Positions 1 through 10,091 of a stretch of DNA of 64,000 bases are shown here, one piece after another (the first letter of the stretch is position 1; each line of letters starts with the position of its first letter). Under the pieces are notes generated by a model that saw only the letters and a list, made by a program, of their open reading frames with translations, was not told the DNA's origin and ran no database searches. A program made the translations under genes and the position numbers. Source of the stretch: Myxococcota bacterium (GTDB taxonomy: Bacteria > Myxococcota_A > UBA9160 > JAFDDA01); NCBI GenBank assembly GCA_965228475.1, contig OZ245817.1, forward strand, positions 1,408,001-1,472,000. Direction: 5' to 3'.

Positions 1-1022
1 GCGATGCGCCCCTCGGCGTCGACGAGGACGAGGTCCGGGACGCCGCCGCTCACGCCGAAGGCGGTGCGCAGGGCTCCGCCCGGGTCCATCAGCACGGGGA
101 AGAAGTCGAGCCCGTCTTCTTCGAGCTTCTCGCGCACGGCGTAGGCGCGGTCGAGGATCGAGACGCCGACGAGAACGGGCCGCTGCTCCTCCGGCAGCTT
201 CGGCAGGGCCTCCTTCAGGAAGCGCATGGCGTGGTGGCAGTGCGGGCAGGTGTGCAGGAAGAAGATCACCATCACGGCCTGGCCGCGGTGGGCCGAGAGG
301 CTGAAGGCCTTGCCGGCGAGGTCCGTGCCCGTGAGCTCGGGCGCCTTCGGGCGCTCGCCGAGGAGCGGCTGGGTCGGCGCGGGCGCGGCGGGCAACCGCA
401 GCATGTCCCGGACCATGGCGTTGATGGCGTCGCCGGTGACGTCGCTGTCTTCCTGCCAGCCCGCGGTGCGCGTCACGTAACCTTCGTCGTCGACCGAAGC
501 CAGCAGGACGGGGACCGGCGCGCGAAGCAGGCTCGCGATGCGGGCCGTCGAATCGTCGAGGATCGGGAAGTCGAGGCCCTTCTTCTCGGCGAACTCCTGG
601 GCGACCGCGCGGCGCGAGCCGGTGGCGATGCCCAGGATCTCGAAGTTGTTTTTGGCCCGGAACTCGGAGACTTCGGCGAGGGCTTCGGCGGCCTTCCCGG
701 CCACGCCGATCTCCGGGTTGAACATGAACAGCAGGTAGCGCTGGCCGAGCAGGTCCGACGCCTGGAGCTTCCGGTCGTCGAGGGTGATCCCGCCGAGGGC
801 CGGCAGCGGCCTTTCGTGGGAGTGCCGCTTCGCCTTCTTCGAGTGCTCCGGCTTCTCTCGCGCGGCAGCGGCCTCGCCCGGTGCCGAAGCCTGGGCGACC
901 TCCGTCACCCCCTCCGAAGCCGGCTGCGAAGCCTCCGCAGCCCCGCTCGTCTCTTCCCCCCCACCGCAGCCAACCGCCGCCAGCAGGACCCCCAACACCA
1001 CGAAATTTCGAAGATTCAGCAC
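1..1022 (-). CDS. Lipoprotein with two thioredoxin-like (TlpA/redoxin) domains; runs off the left edge
   Basis: Not in the ORF track; translated by hand: VLNLRNFVVLGVLLAAVGC (lipobox), then LPALGGITLDDRKL..YLLFMFNPE (no CxxC), then APELTGTDLAGKAFSLS..IFFLHTCPHC..VPDLVLVDAEGRI. Alternative ATG at 1034. Confidence 0.85.
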   Translation of the reverse strand, partial: MLNLRNFVVLGVLLAAVGCGGGEETSGAAEASQPASEGVTEVAQASAPGEAAAAREKPEHSKKAKRHSHERPLPALGGITLDDRKLQASDLLGQRYLLFMFNPEIGVAGKAAEALAEVSEFRAKNNFEILGIATGSRRAVAQEFAEKKGLDFPILDDSTARIASLLRAPVPVLLASVDDEGYVTRTAGWQEDSDVTGDAINAMVRDMLRLPAAPAPTQPLLGERPKAPELTGTDLAGKAFSLSAHRGQAVMVIFFLHTCPHCHHAMRFLKEALPKLPEEQRPVLVGVSILDRAYAVREKLEEDGLDFFPVLMDPGGALRTAFGVSGGVPDLVLVDAEGRI

Positions 1023-1078
1023 GGGGCCCAGCATAGCCAAGGAGCGGGAGAGTGACGGCGGCTGCGTTCAAGCAAGGA

Positions 1079-1200
1079 GGGCGTGAGGGCCGGGGTCGCC
1101 TTCAGCGAAGTAAAGCGCAGCCCGGAGCAACCAAGTGGAGTAAAGCAGCCCGTTCGCCCGGGCGAGCCATGAGCGGAAGGCGACCCCGGCCCTCACGCCC
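1079..1200. repeat. 122-bp element bounded by a perfect 25-bp inverted repeat (MITE/REP-like or structured RNA)
   Basis: gggcgtgagggccggggtcgccttc (1079-1103) is the exact reverse complement of 1176-1200. Confidence 0.85.
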
Positions 1201-1206
1201 GGCGCT

Positions 1207-1719
1207 CTAGCGAAGCTTCTCCTTCAGCTCCGCCAAAGTCTCCTTCACCCACCCATTGTCCCGCTCATAAGCCAACGCCATCTTCAAATTCTGCTGCGCA
1301 CCCTTCCAGTCCTCGCGCGCCAGATCCTGGTTCGCGAGCGCGATGTAGCGCTTCCCGTTGGGTGTCGTCCCCTGGCGTTCGCTGCTGACCTGGCGGTCCG
1401 CCTGGGCGCCGCCTTCGACGAGGGCCAGGCGCCGCTCGCCCTCCCCGTCGAGCTGCTGGTCGTAGAGCTTCCGGCGGCGCGGGTCGCGCAGCACGGCGTA
1501 GGCCTCGCTCACGCGCTTCGCGATGCGCTCGGCCGAGCCCACCACCTCGGGCCCGTGCACGCGCAGCCGGTCCGGATGGAAGCGGCGCGCGACGGAGTGG
1601 TAGGCCGTCCGCACGGCGGCGGCGTTCGCCCGCCGCTCGACTTCGAGCAGCTGGTAGTAGTCGAGGTCCTCGACGATGTTGGCGAGGGCTCGAAGTTCTG
1701 CGGTGTTCACCGATGCCAA
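1207..1719 (-). CDS. J-domain (DnaJ-like) co-chaperone with C-terminal TPR-like helices
   Basis: DYYQLL...FHPD...EAYAVL.DPRRRKLYD; begins 8 bp after the dnaK-like gene. Confidence 0.9.
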   Translation of the reverse strand: MASVNTAELRALANIVEDLDYYQLLEVERRANAAAVRTAYHSVARRFHPDRLRVHGPEVVGSAERIAKRVSEAYAVLRDPRRRKLYDQQLDGEGERRLALVEGGAQADRQVSSERQGTTPNGKRYIALANQDLAREDWKGAQQNLKMALAYERDNGWVKETLAELKEKLR

Positions 1720-1727
1720 GGGGGACC

Positions 1728-3905
1728 TCAGGCCAGCTCGATGTCTTCGTCGTCTTCGTCGTCGGAGAGCAGGTCGGTTCCGACCGCCTCGAACAGGGAG
1801 TCCTTGCCCGCCGGTGCGTCGGCTTGCGTGGGTTCGGCTTGTGCGGGTTGGCTCGGAGCGGGCGAGACCGGCTCCGCCTCCAGGACGTCGTCCTGGCTCA
1901 GGGTGACCTCGCCGACGACCTCCACGGCCGAGACCTCGTTCCTGTCGTCCGAGGCCACGTCGATGTCGGGCAGTTCGATCTCGTCCTCGAGGGAGTCGAT
2001 CTCGAGCTCCGGCAGGTCGCCTTCGTCCACCTCGAGCTCGTCGAGATCGACGTCCGGAACCTGCGGGACCGCATCGGCCGCGACCGGCGCCTCGGCCTGG
2101 GGCTCCGGCGCGATGGGCGGCTCGGGTTCGGCCGGCTCCGCCGCAATGGGCGGCTCGGGCTCTTGGATCGCCGGCGGCGGCTCGTCCACCGGCTCATCGT
2201 CGGCCGCGGGCTCGGCAGCCGGGGGCTCGGCGTCGGCGACGGACGGCGCCGCGGCGGCGGCGACCGATGCGGCGGCACCCGCCACCGGGCCTTCGTTCGC
2301 CGGCATGGCCTGCTCTTCGCCCTTCGCGACGATCTCCGTCTTCACGCGCGCGGTCGGGTTCTCCGCGAGGATCGACTGGAGCTCCTCGTCCGAGAGGCCC
2401 GAGGAGAGCGTGATGCGCGTCGAGGCTTCCTGGCCGGTCTCCGGCTCGCGAGCCGTCACGTGGACGATGCCGTCGCTGTTGATCGCGAAGATCACCTGGA
2501 TCTCGACCTCGCCGCGGCGAGCCTTCGGGAAGCCCGAGAACTCGAACTGCCCGAGCAGCTCGTTGTCCTCGGCCTGCTTCTCCTCGCCCTGGTAGACGCG
2601 GATGACCACCTCTTCCTGGGCGTCCTGCACGGTCGTGAAGCTCCGCGCCTGTTCGATCGGCACGGGCGTGTTGCGTTCGATGATCGGTTCGCAGATGCCG
2701 CCGGCGACGCCCACCTGGAGCGAGAGCGGCGTGACGTCGAGCAGGAACGCGTTCTGCTGCGGCGCGACGAGCTCGCTGGCGTGGATCGCCGCGCCCATGG
2801 CCACCACCACGTCCGGGTCGACGTCGGTCTTGGGTTCGAGGCCGAAGTAGGTCTTCACCGCGTCGCGGATCATCGGGAGCCGCGTCGGCCCGCCGACGAG
2901 CACGATGCCGTCGAGCTCGCGGGCGACGATGCCGGCTTCCTGGAGCGCCTCGTCGGTCACCTTGAAGGTGCGCTGGATCAGGTCGTGGGTGAGCTTCGCG
3001 AAGTCGTTCGCGGTCAGCGTGCGCTCGAGGGCGATCGAGGTTCCGTCCTCGGCCGTGGCGATGTCCTCGATCCGGATCTGGACCTCTTCGTCGAGGGAGA
3101 GGGCCTTCTTGGCGTCCTCGGCGGCCTTCTTCAGGCGCTCGAAGGTCTGCTTGTCCTGGCGCAGGTTCTTCCCGTGCTCCTGGAGGAACTCGTCGGCCAG
3201 CAGGTCGATCAGCCGGTCGTCGAAGTCGTCGCCGCCGAGGAAGGTGTCGCCGGAGGTCGAGATCACCTCGAACACGTCCTCGCCGATCTCGAGGACGGAG
3301 ATGTCGAAGGTGCCGCCGCCGAGGTCCCAGACGGCGACCTTCTGCGAGAGGCCCTGGCCGAAGCCGTAGGCGAGCGCGGCCGCCGTCGGCTCGTTCAGGA
3401 TGCGCAGCACCTCGAGCCCGGCGATCTTGCCGGCGTCCTTGGTGGCCTGACGCTGGTTGTCGTTGAAGTAGGCGGGAACCGTGATCACCGCCTGGGTGAC
3501 TTCGTGGCCGAGCTGGGCTTCGGCGACGCTCTTCAGCTCGCGCAGGATCATCGCGGAGATCTCGGGCAGCGAGAGCACTTCCTCGCGCACCTGGACGCGC
3601 ACGCTGTGCTCCGGCCCCTCGACGATCTGGTACGGGCAGATGGCCTGGGCCTTCTTCACTTCTTCCGAGAAGAAGTACCGGCCGATCAGGCGCTTGGCCG
3701 AGGTGACCGTGGCTTCCGGATCGACGACGGCGTTGGCCTTGGCTTCGTTTCCGACCAGGACGGTGCCGTCCTCGCGAAAGGCCACGGCGCTCGCCATGAT
3801 GCTCTCGCCGTAGGCGTTCGCGAGCACCTCGACCTTGCCGTTTCGCAGGACCGCGACGGCCGAGTTGCTCGTCCCCAGATCGATTCCGATGGCGACTTCC
3901 GACAT
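1728..3905 (-). CDS. dnaK: Hsp70/DnaK paralog with Pro/Ala/acidic low-complexity C-terminal tail
   Basis: [60 protein letters not shown] linker. Confidence 0.93.
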   Translation of the reverse strand: MSEVAIGIDLGTSNSAVAVLRNGKVEVLANAYGESIMASAVAFREDGTVLVGNEAKANAVVDPEATVTSAKRLIGRYFFSEEVKKAQAICPYQIVEGPEHSVRVQVREEVLSLPEISAMILRELKSVAEAQLGHEVTQAVITVPAYFNDNQRQATKDAGKIAGLEVLRILNEPTAAALAYGFGQGLSQKVAVWDLGGGTFDISVLEIGEDVFEVISTSGDTFLGGDDFDDRLIDLLADEFLQEHGKNLRQDKQTFERLKKAAEDAKKALSLDEEVQIRIEDIATAEDGTSIALERTLTANDFAKLTHDLIQRTFKVTDEALQEAGIVARELDGIVLVGGPTRLPMIRDAVKTYFGLEPKTDVDPDVVVAMGAAIHASELVAPQQNAFLLDVTPLSLQVGVAGGICEPIIERNTPVPIEQARSFTTVQDAQEEVVIRVYQGEEKQAEDNELLGQFEFSGFPKARRGEVEIQVIFAINSDGIVHVTAREPETGQEASTRITLSSGLSDEELQSILAENPTARVKTEIVAKGEEQAMPANEGPVAGAAASVAAAAAPSVADAEPPAAEPAADDEPVDEPPPAIQEPEPPIAAEPAEPEPPIAPEPQAEAPVAADAVPQVPDVDLDELEVDEGDLPELEIDSLEDEIELPDIDVASDDRNEVSAVEVVGEVTLSQDDVLEAEPVSPAPSQPAQAEPTQADAPAGKDSLFEAVGTDLLSDDEDDEDIELA

Positions 3906-4034
3906 GAGAACCCTCCGGCCCCGTTATCGGTGGAACCCCTCGGTTTCTGGATGAGTTTCCGGGCCCGGGGGAGGGCCTGGGAGGCCCCTGGGGCGCGTTG
4001 ACCCCCCGTGGGAGCGCGTGCTACCCACCCCGGC

Positions 4035-4787
4035 ATGTCCGGGCACTCCAAATGGTCGACGATCAAGCGCAAGAAGGGCGCCGCGGACGCCAAGCGTGGA
4101 AAGATCTTCACGAAGCTGATCCGCGAGATCGCGACCGCCGCACGAATGGGGGGAGGGGACCCCAATGCCAACCCCCGCCTGCGCCTGGCCGTGGACAAGG
4201 CCCGCGCGGCCAACATGCCCAAGGACAACATCGACCGGGCCATCAAGAAGGGCACGGGCGAGGGCGACGACGGTTCGCGCTACGAGGAGGTCGTCTACGA
4301 GGGCTACGGCCCGGGCGGCGTGGCCATCCTGCTCGAGACCCTGACGGACAACCGCAACCGCACCGTCGGCGACGTGCGCCACGTGCTGACCAAGCACGGC
4401 GGCAACCTCGGCGAGTCCGGCTGCGTCTCCTTCCTGTTCGAGAAGAAGGGCGCGATCACCTTCGAGCGCGCCGCCGTGGCCGACGGCGACGCCCTGCTCG
4501 AGGCCGCCCTCGAGGCCGGCGCCGAGGACGTGGAAGAGGGCGAGGAGGCCCTCCAGGTGCTCACGACCCCGAGCGATTTCGAGAGCGTGCGCAGCGCCCT
4601 GGGTGAAGCGGGCTTCGACGCCGCCGACGCCGAGATCACCATGGAGCCTTCGACCACGGTGAAGCTCGAGGGCTCCGACGCCGAGTCCATGCTCAAGCTG
4701 GCCGATGCCCTCGAAGACCTGGACGACGTCCAGAACGTCTTCTCGAACTTCGACATCTCCGACGACGAGCTCGCGAAGTTCGCCTGA
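4035..4787 (+). CDS. yebC: YebC/PmpR family protein
   Basis: [30 protein letters not shown]; usual position before ruvCAB. Confidence 0.97.
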   Translation: MSGHSKWSTIKRKKGAADAKRGKIFTKLIREIATAARMGGGDPNANPRLRLAVDKARAANMPKDNIDRAIKKGTGEGDDGSRYEEVVYEGYGPGGVAILLETLTDNRNRTVGDVRHVLTKHGGNLGESGCVSFLFEKKGAITFERAAVADGDALLEAALEAGAEDVEEGEEALQVLTTPSDFESVRSALGEAGFDAADAEITMEPSTTVKLEGSDAESMLKLADALEDLDDVQNVFSNFDISDDELAKFA

Positions 4788-4876
4788 TCGGGACTCGCGA
4801 AGCGCGCCGGAGCCCGGCTCGGGCCGGCCGCCGCCTCGCTGCGCCCGCCCGGAGTGCGTTCGCTAGCTTCCCGACG

Positions 4877-5434
4877 ATGCGAGTCATGGGGATCGATCCG
4901 GGTTCGAACGTGACGGGCTTCGGCGTCGTCGCGCGCGAAGGCTCCTCCGTGAAATCGCTTGCATTCGGCACGCTGCGTCCGCGCCGCGGGGATCCGCTCG
5001 CGGTCCGGCTCGGGGTTCTGCTCGAGGGGCTCGGCGAGGCGATGGAGGCGCACCGGCCCGAGGTCGTCGTGGTCGAGAAGGTCTTCGTGGCGGCGAGCGC
5101 GCGCTCGGCCCTGGTGCTCGGCCAGGCCCGCGGCGTCGCTCTCGCGGCGGCGGCGGCGCGCCAGATCCCCGTCGTCGAGTACACGGCCTCCCAGATCAAG
5201 CAGGCGGTGGTCGGGACGGGCGCGGCCGCCAAGCCGCAGGTCCAGGCCATGGTGAAGAGCCTGCTCGCCCTGCCGAAAGCACCGGCCACGGATGCCGCCG
5301 ACGCCCTGGCCGCCGCCATCTGCCACGCCCACGCCGGGCGTCTCGGCGCGCTCGTCGCCGGCGATCGCGTCGCGGGCCGCGGGCGCAGCCGCCGGGGAAG
5401 CGGCCGAGGCTTCGTCGTGAGGCGGGTCCGATGA
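4877..5434 (+). CDS. ruvC: Holliday junction resolvase RuvC
   Basis: [28 protein letters not shown]. Confidence 0.96.
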   Translation: MRVMGIDPGSNVTGFGVVAREGSSVKSLAFGTLRPRRGDPLAVRLGVLLEGLGEAMEAHRPEVVVVEKVFVAASARSALVLGQARGVALAAAAARQIPVVEYTASQIKQAVVGTGAAAKPQVQAMVKSLLALPKAPATDAADALAAAICHAHAGRLGALVAGDRVAGRGRSRRGSGRGFVVRRVR

Positions 5435-6045
5435 TCGCGCGCCTCGAAGGCCAGCTCCGGGAGAAGAGCCCGACGCGCATCGTGATCGACGTCGGCGGCG
5501 TCGGCTACGAGGTCCTGATCCCGGTGACGACCTTCTACGAACTCCCCGAAGAAGGGAAGACCGTCGCCCTGCGCATCCACACCCACGTGCGCGAGGACGT
5601 CTTCCAGCTCTTCGGATTCCGCAGCGGCCGGGAGCGCGCGATCTTCGAGCTGCTGATCCGCACGAGCGGCGTCGGCCCGAAGCTCGCGCAGTCGATCCTC
5701 TCGGGCATCGAGGCGGAGCGTCTGGTCGCGGCGATCCGGGACGGCGACGTCGCCGTGTTGAAGTCGGTGCCGGGGCTCGGTGCGAAGAAGGCCGAGCGCC
5801 TGATCGTCGAGCTGCGCGACCGCGTGGATCAGCTCGAGGGCGACGAGGCCGCGCCGCCGGCCGGCGTGCCCGTGGCGCCGCCCGCCGGCGACGAACGCAC
5901 GGAGGAGGTGATCTCGGCGCTCCTGAACCTCGGCTACTCCCGCGCGCAGGTCGAAGCCAAGGTCGCCGCCGCCGCCGAGGCGATGGGCGAGGACGCACCG
6001 CTCGAGGACGTGATTCGCGAATCCCTGCGGAGGCTTTCGAAGTGA
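5431..6045 (+). CDS. ruvA: Holliday junction branch migration protein RuvA
   Basis: MIARLEG, GVGYEV, HVRED, GVGPKLA; ATGA overlap with ruvC. Confidence 0.97.
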   Translation: MIARLEGQLREKSPTRIVIDVGGVGYEVLIPVTTFYELPEEGKTVALRIHTHVREDVFQLFGFRSGRERAIFELLIRTSGVGPKLAQSILSGIEAERLVAAIRDGDVAVLKSVPGLGAKKAERLIVELRDRVDQLEGDEAAPPAGVPVAPPAGDERTEEVISALLNLGYSRAQVEAKVAAAAEAMGEDAPLEDVIRESLRRLSK

Positions 6046-7109
6046 CGGGCGAAGCCAGAGAAGGCCCGCTCGCCGCGGAGCCGCTGCCCGGAGAGCGGGG
6101 CCTCGAAGAGAGCCTCCGCCCGCGATCCCTCGACGAGTTCGTCGGCCAGGCCCGGCTGCGTGAGAACCTCCAGGTCTTCCTGAAGGCGGCGCGCGAGCGC
6201 GGCGAGGCCGTCGACCACCTGCTCTTCTACGGCCCGCCGGGCCTCGGCAAGACGGCGCTCGCCCACATCATCGCGCGGGAGATGTCGGCGCAGCTGCGCG
6301 CGACGAGCGGCCCGGTGCTCGAGCGAGCCGGCGACGTGGCGGCGATGCTCTCGAACCTCGACGCCGGCGACGTGCTCTTCATCGACGAGATCCACCGCCT
6401 CCACCCGGTGGTCGAGGAGATCCTCTACCCCGCGATGGAGGACTTCCGGCTCGATCTGGTGATCGGGCAGGGCCCCGCGGCGCGCAGCGTCCGGCTCGAT
6501 CTGCCGCGCTTCACGCTGGTCGGCGCGACCACGCGCGCGGGCCTGCTCTCCTCCCCGCTGCGAGACCGCTTCGGCTACGTCGCGCGCCTCGACTACTACC
6601 CGCCGGACGACCTGCGCGAGATCCTCGTGCGCTCGGCCCGGCTCATGGGCGTCGAGATCGCGCCCGACGCCGCGCTCGAGGTCGCGCGCCGCTCCCGCGG
6701 AACGCCGCGCATCGCGAACCGGCTGCTGCGGCGGGTGCGGGACTTCGCCGAGGTCGGCGCCGGGGAGTCGGCCGGAGGTGAGGGGCCGGCGGGGATCGGC
6801 CTCGAGCAGGCGCAGTACGCCCTCGAGCGGCTCGAGGTCGACGACGCGGGCTTCGATGCCCTCGACCGCATGCTGCTGCGGACCCTGATCGAGAAGTTCG
6901 GCGGCGGCCCGGTCGGGATCGACACCCTCGCCGCGGCCCTCGGTGAGGATCGCGGGACGCTCGAGGACATCGTCGAGCCCTTCCTCATCCAGGGAGGTTT
7001 CCTCGAGCGCACGCCCCGCGGCCGGGTCGCGACACCGGCAGCTTTCGCGCACTTCGGGCATCCGCCCCCGAGCGGCGGCGGCGGCGCCCGCCAGGGGCGG
7101 CTCCTCTAG
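6042..7109 (+). CDS. ruvB: Holliday junction helicase RuvB
   Basis: [44 protein letters not shown]. Confidence 0.98.
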   Translation: MTGEAREGPLAAEPLPGERGLEESLRPRSLDEFVGQARLRENLQVFLKAARERGEAVDHLLFYGPPGLGKTALAHIIAREMSAQLRATSGPVLERAGDVAAMLSNLDAGDVLFIDEIHRLHPVVEEILYPAMEDFRLDLVIGQGPAARSVRLDLPRFTLVGATTRAGLLSSPLRDRFGYVARLDYYPPDDLREILVRSARLMGVEIAPDAALEVARRSRGTPRIANRLLRRVRDFAEVGAGESAGGEGPAGIGLEQAQYALERLEVDDAGFDALDRMLLRTLIEKFGGGPVGIDTLAAALGEDRGTLEDIVEPFLIQGGFLERTPRGRVATPAAFAHFGHPPPSGGGGARQGRLL

Positions 7110-7301
7110 CAGCCCCCCGGGCCTCGGGTCCGTCGCACGACCCTTCAAGAGATCTGGACAGGCCCGGCAAAGCGCTGTTCTCGCTCCGGGGGTGGTCCGA
7201 TACGCCCAGGGTCGAGCACCGGCCTGCGCTGCGCAGCGCGCTCCGGACGACCGGCCGGAATGCGGTCTGAAGGCTCGACTGGAAAGGGATCGGAGCCCGA
7301 C

Positions 7302-9854
7302 GTGGCCATCCTGGGACGGCTTATCTCCTTCGTGTTCGGCGTGGCCCTGCTCGGCCTCGGCGGGGCCGGGCTCGCGCTCGCCTACGCGCCGGAGACCGGC
7401 CTCGGCAACCTGGCCGACCCGCTGCTCGCGGCAGCCGGAGAGGCCCTCGCCGCCACCGGCAACGGCTTCGATCTCGAGCAGGCCCACCGCTTCCTTTCCG
7501 ACCCGGTGCTCCGCTTCGCCCTGCCGGGGCTCGGCCTCTTCCTCACCGGATCCGCCGTGTGGCCGCGTGGCGGCACGGACGAGGCCCCGGCGGAGAAGAA
7601 GCACAGCGACGACGTCACCCTCGACAAGACGGCCAAGAAGCAGTTCACGAAGGAAGCGCGCAACCTCGCGAAGAAGGGCGACCTGGCCGAAGCCGCCGAG
7701 GTCTACCGGGATTCGGGGGACCTCGACAAGGCGGCGAGCGTCCTGATCGAAGGCGAACGCTTCGAGCGCGCCGCCGAGATCCGCCGGGAGCAGGGCGACC
7801 TCGCCGCCTGCGCGGAGCTCTACTTGAAGGCCGAGCGCACCGACCTGGCGGCCCGTGCCTACGCCGACGGCGGCGCCTTCGAGAAGGCCGCGCGCTGCTA
7901 CGTCGAACTCGACCAGCACAGCCTGGCCGGGGAGATGTTCGAGCAGGCGAAGTGCTGGAAGGAAGCCGGGGATTCCTTCGCGAAGATCGAGTTCCATCGC
8001 GAGGCCGCGAAGGCCTACATCAAGGCGCGCGATTGGGTCCGGGCCGCGAAGTCCATCGAAGAGGTCGTGCAGGACGAGTTCGCGCGGGTCACGGACCCGA
8101 ACAAGCGCAAGGAGCGCCGCAAGCTCGTCCTGAAGGCCGCCGAGCTCTGGCGCGAGGCGAACGAGCTCGAGGAGGCCCAGCGCGTCCTCGAGAAGGGCGA
8201 GTGCTTCGGCCACGCCGGTGCGCTCGCCATGGAGCTCGAGCAGTTCGAGCGCGCCGCGGAGCTCTTCTTCCGCGCCGAGGATGCCGAGCGCGGCGCCGAG
8301 GCCCTGCGGCGCCTCGGCCGCGACGAAGAGGCCGCGCGCCTGCTCGGGGAGCACTACCGGGACCGCGGCCGGGACGAAGAGGCGGCCGCCCTCCTGATGG
8401 AAGCGAAGGAGTTCGAGCAGGCCGGCGATCTCTATCGCAAGCTCGAAGAGTTCCTGCGCGCGGGCGAGTGCTTCGAAGCCTCCGGTGACCACGCGACCGC
8501 CGCCGAGATGTACCGCGCCGCGGGCGATCTCACGCGCGCCGCCGTGGGCTACGAAGGCGCGGAAGCCTGGGCGGAAGCCGCGAGCTGCTGGTCCGAACTC
8601 GGAGACCACGCGCGCCACGCGGCGGCTCTCGAGCCCGCGGGCCGCTACCTCGAGGCGGGCCGGATCTACCAGGAGCTCGGCCGCGACGAGGACGCCGTGC
8701 GCGTGCTCCAGAAGATCGACGGCGAGCACGCGGACTACCGCGCCGCCTCGGCCATGCTCGGCGAGTTCTTCCGCGGGAAGAAGATGTTCGCCGTGGCGAT
8801 CAAGAAGCTCCGCCAGGCCTGCGAGGGCCAGGACCTCACGCCCGAGAGCGCTCCGCTCTTCTACCACCTCGCGCGCTGCTTCGAGGACAACGGCGACGTC
8901 AAGCAGGCGGTCGACCTCTACGAGCGCATCCTCGCCTTCGACATCCAGTGGGAGGACGTGAGCAAGCGGCTCGAGACCGTGCGCAAGCGCCTCCAGATCG
9001 AAGGCGACCGCGAGGCCGAAGCGGACGGCAAGAAGAAGGGCGAGCAGCGCTACCAGATCGTCGGCGAGCTCGGGCGCGGCGGCATGGGCATCGTCTACAA
9101 GGCGCTCGACACCGTGCTCGACCGGGAGGTCGCCTACAAGGTCCTGCCCGACACCCTGAAGCAGAACGCGAAGGCCCTCGAGAACTTCCTGCGCGAGGCC
9201 AAGAGCGCGGCCCAGCTGAACCACCCGAACATCGTGACCGTCTACGACGCGGGCGAGCAGGGCGGCCAGTACTACATCGCGATGGAGTACGTCGACGGGA
9301 CGACGCTGAAGGACATCGTGCGCCGCAAGGGCATCGTGAAGCCGCGCGGCGTGCTCCACGTCCTGGCCCAGATGTGCGAGGCGCTCGAGTTCGCCCACGC
9401 GAAGGGCATCGTCCACCGCGACATCAAGACCGCCAACACCATGTGGACGCGCGACAAGAAGGCCAAGATCATGGACTTCGGCCTGGCCAAGGCCATCGAG
9501 GAAGTCCGCAACCACACGACGATGGTCTCGGGCACGCCCTTCTACATGAGCCCCGAGCAGACCCTCGGGAAGAACATCGACCACCGGACGGACATCTACT
9601 CGCTCGGCGTCTCGATCTTCGAGATGGCCACCGGCCGGGTGCCCTTCCGGGAGGGCAACGTGCCCTACCACCACGTCCACACCCCACCGCCCGACCCTTG
9701 CGAGGTGAACCCGAAGCTCCCGCCGCTGCTCGGCCGGATCATCTCGCGCTGCCTCAAGAAGGACCCGGCGGAGCGCTACCAGACGGCCGGCGAGATCCTG
9801 GCCGAGGTCCGGGCGGCTCTGACGCGCCGCGACGAAGGGACGGCCAAATCGTGA
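7302..9854 (+). CDS. Ser/Thr protein kinase with N-terminal membrane segments and long TPR/SNAP-like repeat region
   Basis: Two hydrophobic segments, helical repeats (AAELY/AARCY), then LGRGGMGIVY, HRDIKTAN, DFG, GTPFYMSPEQ. Start could be ATG 7260. Confidence 0.92.
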   Translation: MAILGRLISFVFGVALLGLGGAGLALAYAPETGLGNLADPLLAAAGEALAATGNGFDLEQAHRFLSDPVLRFALPGLGLFLTGSAVWPRGGTDEAPAEKKHSDDVTLDKTAKKQFTKEARNLAKKGDLAEAAEVYRDSGDLDKAASVLIEGERFERAAEIRREQGDLAACAELYLKAERTDLAARAYADGGAFEKAARCYVELDQHSLAGEMFEQAKCWKEAGDSFAKIEFHREAAKAYIKARDWVRAAKSIEEVVQDEFARVTDPNKRKERRKLVLKAAELWREANELEEAQRVLEKGECFGHAGALAMELEQFERAAELFFRAEDAERGAEALRRLGRDEEAARLLGEHYRDRGRDEEAAALLMEAKEFEQAGDLYRKLEEFLRAGECFEASGDHATAAEMYRAAGDLTRAAVGYEGAEAWAEAASCWSELGDHARHAAALEPAGRYLEAGRIYQELGRDEDAVRVLQKIDGEHADYRAASAMLGEFFRGKKMFAVAIKKLRQACEGQDLTPESAPLFYHLARCFEDNGDVKQAVDLYERILAFDIQWEDVSKRLETVRKRLQIEGDREAEADGKKKGEQRYQIVGELGRGGMGIVYKALDTVLDREVAYKVLPDTLKQNAKALENFLREAKSAAQLNHPNIVTVYDAGEQGGQYYIAMEYVDGTTLKDIVRRKGIVKPRGVLHVLAQMCEALEFAHAKGIVHRDIKTANTMWTRDKKAKIMDFGLAKAIEEVRNHTTMVSGTPFYMSPEQTLGKNIDHRTDIYSLGVSIFEMATGRVPFREGNVPYHHVHTPPPDPCEVNPKLPPLLGRIISRCLKKDPAERYQTAGEILAEVRAALTRRDEGTAKS

Positions 9855-9886
9855 TCATTCGGTCACGGCCGTAACTCGAACGTCAC
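9851..9886 (+). promoter_or_regulatory. Tandem palindromic sites (GTRAY-N6-GTCAC x2), candidate enhancer-binding-protein sites
   Basis: gtgat-cattcg-gtcac (9851-9866) and gtaac-tcgaac-gtcac (9871-9886), 20 bp apart. Confidence 0.5.
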
Positions 9887-9943
9887 CCCAGAGGCGCCCT
9901 TTCGCCTTCTGGGGAAGCGGCACCCGGGCGGCATCCGCCTCTC

Positions 9944-9956
9944 CAAACGCCTGATT
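9944..9956 (-). promoter_or_regulatory. IHF binding site
   Basis: Reverse strand AATCAGGCGTTTG matches WATCAR-N4-TTR, next to an AT-rich tract. Confidence 0.6.
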
Positions 9957-10007
9957 TACGAAGATTTTACGGTTTTCGTTGCCGGTTTTCGCTGCGCTGC
10001 GTCAGTT

Positions 10008-10023
10008 CGGCACAGTGCTTGCT
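10008..10023 (+). promoter_or_regulatory. sigma54 (-24/-12) promoter of lpxC
   Basis: CGGCAC-agtgc-TTGCT matches YGGCAC-N5-TTGC. Confidence 0.75.
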
Positions 10024-10091
10024 ATTCCAAGGGCCGATCATGGGGAACGTCGGCCAGGAGTCGGCGCAGGTTCGTCCTGGAGGGGGTGACT

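Noticed and set aside
5934..9680. Very long antisense and alternate-frame ORFs (1248 aa here; also 34095-37736, 38028-41264, 54313-57348 and many others)
   Set aside because: They shadow well-supported genes, carry no recognisable motifs, and are expected from high-GC codon bias.
9886..9914. Hairpin after the kinase gene as an intrinsic terminator
   Set aside because: The stem is real but has no U-tract; function unresolved.
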